A DNA stretch of 32,000 nt from Synechococcus elongatus PCC 6301 (GTDB lineage Bacteria > Cyanobacteriota > Cyanobacteriia > Synechococcales > Synechococcaceae), in NCBI RefSeq assembly GCF_000010065.1, contig NC_006576.1, forward strand, positions 540,001 through 572,000, written 5' to 3'. The position numbers were made by a program, and so were the translations under genes. Shown in pieces: positions 1 through 7,590 of this stretch. The stretch's first letter is position 1; every line of letters begins with the position of its first letter. Under the pieces are notes generated by a model that was not told the origin of the DNA, did not search any database, and worked only from the letters and a program-made list of their open reading frames with translations.

Positions 1-30
1 CAGATCCGGCCAACGCAGTGCGTCGAGTAA

Positions 31-1326
31 TTAGAGGGTCAGGCTTTCGGGGCGGTTTTCAATCAGGTCGGCCAAGTCCTTGAGGAAGGCAGCCGCATGA
101 GCGCCGTAGATGTGGCGGTGATCACAGGTGAGGTTAACTTGCATCTGCCGCTTGACGCCAAACAGACCGTCAGCCGTGGCCACGAGGGTCGGTTTGGAAG
201 CCCCAATCGCCAGAATCGCACCGGTGCCCGGCGGCAGAATCGCATCGAAGCGATCGACACCAAACATCCCTAGATTGGAGAGGGTAAAGGTGCCGGTGGT
301 GTATTCCTCGGGTTTGAGTTGCTTGGTGCGCGATCGCGCCACGAGATCCTTCCAGTTGCGAGCCAAGCTATAGAGATCGGTTTGATCAGCACGACCCAGT
401 ACGGGGGTCAGCAGACCGCCATCATCCATAGCCACCGCGATCGCCACGTTGATGGCTTCGTTGTACTGGACGCCAGTTTCTGTCACCCGAGCATTGAGCA
501 AGGGATGCTTGGCGAGGGTTGCAGCGACGGCTTTGGCCAGCAAAACCGTGATTGTCACGCCTTTGGGCTTGAGCTGCTTGGCCAAACTATCGATCGCATC
601 GGTGGTGATCGTGTAACCGACGCGGTAGACCGGCACGTTGAGGCTCGCTTCCATGTTGCGAACCACGGCCTGCTGGAAGGTGCTGTAGGGCACGAACTGA
701 CCCGGCGCGATCGCGGGAGTTGGCGCGGGGGCAGCAGGAGCCGTAGCAACGGGAGCAGCAACCGGTGCGGTGACAACGGCAGGAGCCACAGGGGTAGCGA
801 TCGCGGGTTTGGCAGTAACTCCTGCGGCGGCTTCGACATCGGCTGCCACAATTCGACCGTGGGGACCACTGCCGGTAAGGCTACCGAGGTCAACGCCCAA
901 GCTCTTGGCGAGTTTTTTGGCACGCGGGGAGGCAACCAAGCGATCGCTGCGGGTTGCTGTAGGAGCAGCGACAGGTTCAGGGCTCACAGCGACGGGTTCG
1001 GGTGCCGCCGTAGCAGCAGGGGTTGCAGGGGTCGCTGCAGCGGAACCAGCACCGGCTGCCTGTTGCTTCGCAACTTCAATTTCGGCTTCAGTTTCTGCAA
1101 TCAGAGCGATCGCTTCGCCCACGGGAGCATTGCCGCCTGCCGGCACAATAATCGTCGCGAGGTAGCCTTCATAGAAAGATTCCACGTCCATGTCGGCTTT
1201 GTCCGACTCGACGATCAGGACTGTTTCACCTTTCTCGACACGATCGCCCGGAGCCTTCACCCACTCGACGATCTTGCCCTCGGTCATAGTGGAGCTGAGG
1301 GCGGGCATGAAGACTTCGTGGATCAT
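31..1326 (-). CDS. pdhC: Dihydrolipoamide acetyltransferase, E2 component of the pyruvate dehydrogenase complex
   Basis: 431-aa ORF with an ATG start. N-terminal lipoyl domain with the lipoyl-lysine motif VESDKADMDVE. Ala/Pro-rich flexible linkers and a peripheral-subunit-binding segment (ASPRAKKLAKSLGVDL). C-terminal acyltransferase domain with the catalytic DHRHIYG motif. Confidence 0.93.
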   Translation of the reverse strand: MIHEVFMPALSSTMTEGKIVEWVKAPGDRVEKGETVLIVESDKADMDVESFYEGYLATIIVPAGGNAPVGEAIALIAETEAEIEVAKQQAAGAGSAAATPATPAATAAPEPVAVSPEPVAAPTATRSDRLVASPRAKKLAKSLGVDLGSLTGSGPHGRIVAADVEAAAGVTAKPAIATPVAPAVVTAPVAAPVATAPAAPAPTPAIAPGQFVPYSTFQQAVVRNMEASLNVPVYRVGYTITTDAIDSLAKQLKPKGVTITVLLAKAVAATLAKHPLLNARVTETGVQYNEAINVAIAVAMDDGGLLTPVLGRADQTDLYSLARNWKDLVARSRTKQLKPEEYTTGTFTLSNLGMFGVDRFDAILPPGTGAILAIGASKPTLVATADGLFGVKRQMQVNLTCDHRHIYGAHAAAFLKDLADLIENRPESLTL

Positions 1327-1521
1327 GAGCGAGTTCCGAAGGGGTAGCGCAGCAAACGTCCGCCAACCGGCGGTTCAATCAACAGCCGATCTTATCGCGA
1401 GCCGTGGTCCGGACTAGTGGCGATCGCTGCAGATTTTCGCGAAGGGCAATCGCGCTAGGTACCAACCCAAAGGAAGAGGGTATAGGGCAGTAGGAGGCTC
1501 CTGTCGCCAGATTAAGGTCAG

Positions 1522-2070
1522 TTAGTGAAAGCGGACGGTGGCTCGCGGACGGAAGGGGGTTTGCAGTGAGGTGCAGGCATCGATAAAGGCAGCCAAAATG
1601 GTCACCAGCAAAATGAATTCGCGATCGCTGGTGCCAATCGCCACATTGTGCTCATCGAAGACTTGCTCCAGCGGTAGCCAGAGCGGATTTCGGCGAGCAG
1701 CTTGATAGGACTTGGCGAGGCGCTTTTGGTGGCGGGCTTCGCTCAGGTTGGTGTCACTGGCACTGTGGGCAAAGTCATTGCGAACGGCCCGAATGCCATG
1801 CAGGGCTTTCTCGACTGTGGGATCCAGTAAGCCGAGCCGAGCTGCGAGAGTAATCTTGGCGGCAAAGCTGCCCAGGGAGCGATCGGGGGTGAAGAGAACG
1901 TCTTCTTCATCGCCAAGGGGAGCCATGACGGATTGCAACAGGCGTTCGAGGGCCAGATCTAAACGGGCAGCACCAACAAGGACGACACCGCGGCCCCGTT
2001 CGGCCATCATTTGCAAGACCAGAGCTTGTGCGGCGGTCGCCACTTGTGTGGGGTCAAAGTTGGGTGTCAT
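1522..2070 (-). CDS. Hypothetical helical protein, MtlR/DUF4145-like (LGSFAAKITLAARLGLL...IRAVRNDFAHS signature)
   Basis: The ORF track gives 186 aa from a TTG at 2082. The first ATG is at 2070 (MTPNFDP..., 182 aa). The pattern 'LF..(G)pLGSFaaKI.LA..LGLl....l..iR.vRN.FAH' resembles the MtlR / DUF4145 helical families as I remember them. It lies 250 nt downstream of hsdR on the same strand. Confidence 0.55.
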   Translation of the reverse strand: MTPNFDPTQVATAAQALVLQMMAERGRGVVLVGAARLDLALERLLQSVMAPLGDEEDVLFTPDRSLGSFAAKITLAARLGLLDPTVEKALHGIRAVRNDFAHSASDTNLSEARHQKRLAKSYQAARRNPLWLPLEQVFDEHNVAIGTSDREFILLVTILAAFIDACTSLQTPFRPRATVRFH

Positions 2071-2319
2071 GGGCGATCGCAATACTGAGGGTTGTTGGGA
2101 TCACTGGTTGGAATCACTGCAGCCGCAGGGAGAGATCGGAAAAGGGGCGAACAGCCGGTTTTGTGGGGATGATTGCGCACCCCCACGCCCACGCACTGGG
2201 GGACTCGACTCCCCCAGCCCCCCGCAACAAGAAAGATTTCGGATAAGACTGATCGGCTGAATTGCGATCGCTGCGGGTAAAACAAGCTGGTGATGACCTT
2301 TGGTGCGAGGCGCATGGGG

Positions 2320-5300
2320 CTAGGCGGCTTGCGATCGCAGTTCTTCGTAGAGGCCGGTTTGGTTGAGCAGGATGTTTTTGATGCCGTCCTGTACCTGCTT
2401 AGAGTTGAGGGCTTGGCTACTCATGGATTGGTGAGCGTCGAGGGCGCTGATGATCGCTTCGAGCAGTTCTTGGGCAAAGTCGGGGGAGCTCGCAAATTGC
2501 TCTTTACTGTTGGCGATCGCTTGCTGACGCAGGGTGGGGGATTCGAGGAGTTTGCTGCGGAGGACAACGCTGACGTAGTTGACCTTGTCCGCGTCGGTGA
2601 GATCGCCTGTGAATAGTTCGTTCAGTTTGACGATCAGGGCTGAGAGCCAGACTTTCTCTTGGTCTTGGACAACACCTTTGCCGGGTTGGAGGCCGGGGAC
2701 GGGGATGGCTTCGCCCTGTTGGAGATCGAGGCGGCGATCGCCTTGGTGGCGGACTTGGTAGTGAGTCAGGACAACTTTGGAGAGGTCGATGCTGCCGACT
2801 TCGCGCTCAAATTCCAGCAACGGGATCAGGCGACGGAAGACGATCGCGCGTTTTTCGTAAGCGGTGTTGCCGTAGTCGAAGATTTGCGAGAGGAAGGTGT
2901 AAAGACGGACGTAGGTGCCTAGGTCGCTGCGGAACAGGGTGAGGGCGGCGAGTTCGTCTTGGGCGGTTTTGAGGGCGGCAGGGTCGTTTTGGGCTTCGGC
3001 GGTGCGGGCGGCTTGGCGAGCGTTGCGGTATTGATACAGCAAGCGTTCGGCGATCGGTTCTAGGGCTTTTTGCAGATCACTTTGTTTGGCGTTGGGGTTG
3101 AGGACAACTTTGACAACGCGATCGATTTCGTATGCGTCGTAATGCTTCTGAGCATCGAGCTTGAGCCGCAGATCCAAGATCAGGTTGGGATCGGTGGCGC
3201 TGGCGAGTTCAGCGGTGGTGTAGTAGGTCTTGAAGGCGGCCAGAATCTCAGCGGGATCGTTGCTGAAATCGACAATATAAGTGGTGTCTTTGCCGGGATG
3301 GCAGCGGTTGAGGCGCGATAGAGTTTGCACGGCTTGGATGCCCGCAAGACGCCGATCGATGTACATGCCACAGAGCAAGGGTTGGTCGAAGCCGGTTTGG
3401 AATTTGTTGGCGACGATCAGGATTTGGTAGCGATCGCTTTTGAAGGTTTCGCGGATGTCGCCTTGTAAGTTGGGGTTGAGGTTGGGGCTGGTTTCAGTGA
3501 ACGGGTCGGGGCCAGAATCGCGATCGCGGACTTCGCCACTAAAGGCAACAAGGGTGCCGAGACGGTACTGTTTTGCTGCAATGTAGCGATCGATCGCTAG
3601 TTTCCAGCGCACGGCTTCTTTGCGGGAACCGACCACGACCATCGCTTTGGCTTTGCCATTCAGCAGTGGCGCGACGTATTGCTGAAAATGCTCAACCACG
3701 ATCGCGACTTTCTGGGCGATGTTGTGGGGATGCAGCTTGACCCAGCCCATCAGCTTTTTGAGGGCAGCGTTGCGCTCCACTTCTTGATCGCTAAACTGCT
3801 GGCCTGCTTGGGCAAGGCGGAAGGCGACTTTGTAGCTGGTGTAGTTTTGCAGAACATCGAGGATGAAGCCTTCCTCGATCGCTTGCCGCATTGAATAGAC
3901 GTGGAAGGGCATGGGCAGATTATCAGGGCCAGCCGGTCGGTTGGGATCGGGACGTCTGCCGAATAATTCCAGCGTTTTGGCTTTGGGTGTGGCGGTAAAA
4001 GCAACGTAGGTGATGCCGCTTTCGCGGGCACGATCGCTCATTTGGGCCGCAAGGACGGCTTCGAGATCCACTTCGCCGCCGTCGTTGAGATCGGCGAGTT
4101 CGGCAGGAGAAAGCAGTTGTTTGAGTTTGCTGGCGGCTTCGCCGGTTTGAGAACTGTGGGCTTCGTCGGCAATGACAGCAAAGCGTTTACCTTCGGTGGC
4201 GGCCAGTTCGCGTACGGCTTGCAGAGCGAAGGGAAAGGTCTGAATCGTGCAGACAACAATTTTCTTATCGCCCTTGAGGGCTTCGGCAAGTTTGCTGCTT
4301 TTGCTGCCGTCGTCGCGGGTGATGGCAGCAACCACGCCTTTGTGCCGCTCGAAACTTTCGATCGCTTCTTGCAGTTGCGTATCAATGACGTTGCGATCGC
4401 TAACAACGATCACGGAATCGAAGACTTTGCGGTTATCGGCGTCGTGGAGTTCACTAAAGAAATGCGCTGTCCAAGCGATCGAATTGGTTTTGCCAGAACC
4501 GGCGGAATGCTGCACTAAATACTTGTGGCCAGCCCCTTCTTGCAGGACCGCCTCTTGCAGTCGCCGCGTCACGATCAGTTGGTGATAGCGCGGGAAGAGC
4601 AGGCGGGTGATTTGCTGTTTCTTGTTGCGCTCGGTGATGCAATAGCGCCCCAGAATTTCCAGCCAGCTATCGCGTTGCCACACCTCTTGCCAGAGATAAG
4701 CGGTGCGGTGACCACTAGCAGAGCTGACAGGATTCCCCGCGCCACAATCGGGCGCACCTGGATCACTGCCTTGGTTAAAGGGTAGGAAAACAGTAGCAAA
4801 GCCCGCCAGCTTGGTGGTCATTTGCACTTCGCGATTACTGACGGCGAAATGCACGATCGCGCCACTCGGGAAACTCAGCAACGGTTCTGGCGATTGTCCG
4901 GCGGGTTTGGGGTTGCGATCTTGTTTGTATTGATAAACGGCGTCGGCGATGTTTTGGGTGTTATCGGTTTTGAGTTCGACGGTGGCGACGGGAATGCCAT
5001 TCAGGAACAGAACGAGATCAATACAGTTTTGATTGTGGAGGGAATAGCGCACTTGCCGAATGACGCGCAGCCGATTGGCTTCGTAGCGATCGCGAATTTC
5101 GGCATTAGTAGCAAAGGCGGGTTTGAATTGCGCCAGCTTCAGCGATCGCGGCAGTCCGAGGACTTCGAGGCCATAGCGCAACAGATCGAGGGTGCCGACT
5201 TGATCGAGTTGTTGCCGGACTCGTTGCAACAGAATCGCTTCGGCTTGAGTGCCTTGTTTTTGTTGCAGAGTTTCCCAAGCTTCCGGTTGGGTTTGTTGGA

Positions 5301-5439
5301 GCCAAGCAAACAGATCGGGTGGATAAAGCGCTAAAGCGCGATCGTAGTCAGCGGCTGCGCCTTCCTCATAAATCCAGCCTTGCTGGGCGAGGTCTTGGCA
5401 AATTTCTGCTTCAAAAGCACTTTCTAAATGCACAGTCAT
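2320..5439 (-). CDS. hsdR: Type I restriction enzyme, R (endonuclease/translocase) subunit
   Basis: 1039 aa. N-terminal PD-(D/E)XK nuclease motif (IDLVLFLNGIPVATVELK). SF2 helicase motifs: Walker A SAGSGKTNS and DEAH box IADEAHSSQ. Long C-terminal helical region typical of HsdR. The start codon overlaps the hsdS stop in ATGA (5436-5439), implying translational coupling. Confidence 0.95.
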   Translation of the reverse strand: MTVHLESAFEAEICQDLAQQGWIYEEGAAADYDRALALYPPDLFAWLQQTQPEAWETLQQKQGTQAEAILLQRVRQQLDQVGTLDLLRYGLEVLGLPRSLKLAQFKPAFATNAEIRDRYEANRLRVIRQVRYSLHNQNCIDLVLFLNGIPVATVELKTDNTQNIADAVYQYKQDRNPKPAGQSPEPLLSFPSGAIVHFAVSNREVQMTTKLAGFATVFLPFNQGSDPGAPDCGAGNPVSSASGHRTAYLWQEVWQRDSWLEILGRYCITERNKKQQITRLLFPRYHQLIVTRRLQEAVLQEGAGHKYLVQHSAGSGKTNSIAWTAHFFSELHDADNRKVFDSVIVVSDRNVIDTQLQEAIESFERHKGVVAAITRDDGSKSSKLAEALKGDKKIVVCTIQTFPFALQAVRELAATEGKRFAVIADEAHSSQTGEAASKLKQLLSPAELADLNDGGEVDLEAVLAAQMSDRARESGITYVAFTATPKAKTLELFGRRPDPNRPAGPDNLPMPFHVYSMRQAIEEGFILDVLQNYTSYKVAFRLAQAGQQFSDQEVERNAALKKLMGWVKLHPHNIAQKVAIVVEHFQQYVAPLLNGKAKAMVVVGSRKEAVRWKLAIDRYIAAKQYRLGTLVAFSGEVRDRDSGPDPFTETSPNLNPNLQGDIRETFKSDRYQILIVANKFQTGFDQPLLCGMYIDRRLAGIQAVQTLSRLNRCHPGKDTTYIVDFSNDPAEILAAFKTYYTTAELASATDPNLILDLRLKLDAQKHYDAYEIDRVVKVVLNPNAKQSDLQKALEPIAERLLYQYRNARQAARTAEAQNDPAALKTAQDELAALTLFRSDLGTYVRLYTFLSQIFDYGNTAYEKRAIVFRRLIPLLEFEREVGSIDLSKVVLTHYQVRHQGDRRLDLQQGEAIPVPGLQPGKGVVQDQEKVWLSALIVKLNELFTGDLTDADKVNYVSVVLRSKLLESPTLRQQAIANSKEQFASSPDFAQELLEAIISALDAHQSMSSQALNSKQVQDGIKNILLNQTGLYEELRSQAA

Positions 5440-6797
5440 GCGGCCACCTCCGCCAAGCCCCGCACGTCAATTTGTCCGGTCACTGCCGCCGAAATTAATG
5501 CCGATCGCCGCTCTTGCAAAAGAGAAAGAGACTTTGTTGATTCATTCTCAAGTGATGTGATCTCTTCTAGTTGAGAATGAATGTGTTTGACAATTAGAAT
5601 CTGTTCATCTAGTGGAGGCAAAGCAAAAACTGTATCTCGCACAAGCTCTTGGCTAATATTGCCGGCTTTACGAGCACTAACAGCTCGCTCCATCCAAAAA
5701 GGTCTAAGGAACTGAATATATCTAAATGTAAACATTGGAACGGCATAATATGAGGGTAAAAGAGCACATAGCGCTTGATTTATAGCAGCAGGGAAAGTAA
5801 GAATTCCATTTTTTCCTACGGTTCCACCTCCGCCATACAAAGCAACTAGAACAGTATCCACTGGCAAGATTTCACAAGCAGTATCTTGAATAGCTTGATT
5901 TGTGATAGATACTTCAGCAGATCTTACTTCTTGATTTTCGATATCTGTTGTTCTTACCCAAGGAATACCTGAGTCAGAGTCAGCATAATAAAGAGCTTGC
6001 TCTTCAGTATTAGGTGTCCCGCCACTAGAAGTTTTGAAGTAATGCTTAATCTTTCCTGTTTTCCAATGGGCGGGGACTTGGCCGAGCCACTCAATGCCCG
6101 AATCTTTCAGCGGCGCATCGGGGTTGAGTCCTTTGGTGACTGCGTGGGAAATGACCGCTTGGCGTTTTTCTTGCAGCAGCGCAATCAGACGTTGTTGTTC
6201 TGCGATCAGTGCATCAATTTTTGCCGTTTCGCGATCGAGAAAAGATGCGATCGCTATTTGTTCTTCATCACTAGGTACTGGGAGAATAAATGACAAAAAA
6301 TTATCTTGACTAAGGTTTTGCATACTGGAAGAGGTTCCAGAGCAAACCATTTTTACCTGATCTCTATAAATTTGTGTCTGTGTCCAATAGTAAGCAAAGT
6401 TTGGATAGACATTGCTAATTCTTACTTGCCATAAGCGATCAGGCAGAAAAACACAGTCATAATCAACCAAGCTTAAACCAGCAGCACCTACTAAATCAGG
6501 TGTATTCATCCTGCTAACAATAAGTCTTCCAGATTTAACAGGACAAGCAGCTCGGTCAATATCTTCTTGAATAATTTCTTTCCTTTCCTCTGGACGGAAA
6601 GAACCTGTGTAGACACAGCTAGTTTTAAGTACAGATGGAATTCCTTCGTCTGGAGCATGATCAAGAGCATTAACACTGACTCCAGACTCTATTTCTGGTA
6701 TTAGTCGCCGTAGTTGTAATACATTCCAGTGAGAAGGAAGTTTTTCAAGCCATTCAATACCGCAATCTTTGTAAGCCGGATATCGAGGAAAACTCAT
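5436..6797 (-). CDS. hsdS: Type I restriction-modification specificity (S) subunit
   Basis: Two target-recognition domains are separated by a central coiled-coil conserved region (IAIASFLDRETAKIDALIAEQQRLIALLQEKRQAVISHAVTKGL). A matching C-terminal conserved region follows (LLQERRSALISAAVTGQIDVRG). The ORF track starts at a TTG (6827). I prefer the ATG at 6797 (MSFPRYPAYK...), which has GGAGA 9 nt upstream. Confidence 0.9.
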   Translation of the reverse strand: MSFPRYPAYKDCGIEWLEKLPSHWNVLQLRRLIPEIESGVSVNALDHAPDEGIPSVLKTSCVYTGSFRPEERKEIIQEDIDRAACPVKSGRLIVSRMNTPDLVGAAGLSLVDYDCVFLPDRLWQVRISNVYPNFAYYWTQTQIYRDQVKMVCSGTSSSMQNLSQDNFLSFILPVPSDEEQIAIASFLDRETAKIDALIAEQQRLIALLQEKRQAVISHAVTKGLNPDAPLKDSGIEWLGQVPAHWKTGKIKHYFKTSSGGTPNTEEQALYYADSDSGIPWVRTTDIENQEVRSAEVSITNQAIQDTACEILPVDTVLVALYGGGGTVGKNGILTFPAAINQALCALLPSYYAVPMFTFRYIQFLRPFWMERAVSARKAGNISQELVRDTVFALPPLDEQILIVKHIHSQLEEITSLENESTKSLSLLQERRSALISAAVTGQIDVRGLAEVAA

Positions 6798-7061
6798 TCC
6801 AAACTGTCTCCAGCCCAACGCCGTCAATCACAACCACCTCTCTCTGCACACTACAGATTGAAGTCTTGTCCTAGCTTAGCCCTCGCATCCCCGCAGCACC
6901 AAAACCCACAGCGCGATCGGCCTACTTCCCAGCCGCACCAAACAACATTCCCAGCAACTTCCGGCGGCGCTTCCGTCGTTGTCCCTGTTCCGTACTAGAT
7001 TGCGGCGGATCCAGCTTCGTCTGGCTCATCCCTAACCCCCTCCAAACCGCGATCGGGCCAC

Positions 7062-7310
7062 TTACTGCTGATTCAGCCAATCTTCTAAATCTTGAACATC
7101 GGCAAAATCCAACAACGCCTCACATAGATCTTCTAGTTGCTCAAGAGATAGGGCTTGAACTTGCTCCAGTAACTCTGGTGACAGCACCCCACATCGCTTT
7201 GGTAGCAAACGAAGAACAAAAGCCGTTGCCACCTCTAGCCGGCCTTCTTGAAAACCCTGTGCAAAGCCTTCTTTCCGAGCAATGCGTTCAACGCTGGTGA
7301 TGTAAGGCAT
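7062..7310 (-). CDS. Stand-alone DUF4351-like small protein (module A, 82 aa), paralogue of the C-terminal domain of the adjacent Rpn-family nuclease
   Basis: ATG preceded by AGGAG-N6. The protein starts MPYITSVERIARKEG and ends QALSLEQLEDL..LLDF..VQDLEDWLNQQ. It is colinear with residues 242-311 of the 311-aa ORF at 7591-8526. Confidence 0.7.
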   Translation of the reverse strand: MPYITSVERIARKEGFAQGFQEGRLEVATAFVLRLLPKRCGVLSPELLEQVQALSLEQLEDLCEALLDFADVQDLEDWLNQQ

Positions 7311-7323
7311 CGGTTACTCCTGC

Positions 7324-7551
7324 CTACAACTGCTGATTGAGCCAGTCCTCTAAATCTTGAATGCCAGAGAAATCCAACAAGTCATCTGCTAGATTCTCCA
7401 TCTGTTCGAGCGATAGGGCTTGTATCTGCGTCAGCAAAGCAGGTGAGAGCGTGCCACAACGTCGGGTAAGCTGCCGGAGAACTAAAGTATCAGCTTGTTC
7501 CCTCCGGCCTTCCTGTCTGCCAATGCGTTCAATGCTGGTGATGTAAGGCAT
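7324..7551 (-). CDS. Stand-alone DUF4351-like small protein (module B, 75 aa), paralogue of the C-terminal domain of the adjacent Rpn-family nuclease
   Basis: The ORF track starts at a GTG (7581). The ATG at 7551 is preceded by AGGAG-N6 and gives MPYITSIERIGRQEG...DLEDWLNQQL. The 5' end, plus 28 nt upstream, is 60/61 identical to the internal segment 7771-7831 of the upstream nuclease gene. Confidence 0.7.
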   Translation of the reverse strand: MPYITSIERIGRQEGRREQADTLVLRQLTRRCGTLSPALLTQIQALSLEQMENLADDLLDFSGIQDLEDWLNQQL

Positions 7552-7590
7552 CCGGCGCTCCTGCTCATAAGCCGACAGCACTTTCCTCCG

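Noticed and set aside
319-1347. 342-aa plus-strand ORF, and other ORFs (63-263, 555-935, 770-1165), overlapping the E2 gene
   Set aside because: They lie antisense to, or in an alternative frame of, a clearly recognisable pdhC. Their sequences are low-complexity and Arg/Gly/Ser-rich, as expected from reading GC-rich coding DNA out of frame.
2067-2315. ORFs in the hsdR to MtlR-like spacer (2067-2315 minus; 1712-2260 and 2028-2246 plus)
   Set aside because: They have no RBS or motifs and overlap each other and the 182-aa gene. They are likely chance ORFs in GC-rich DNA.
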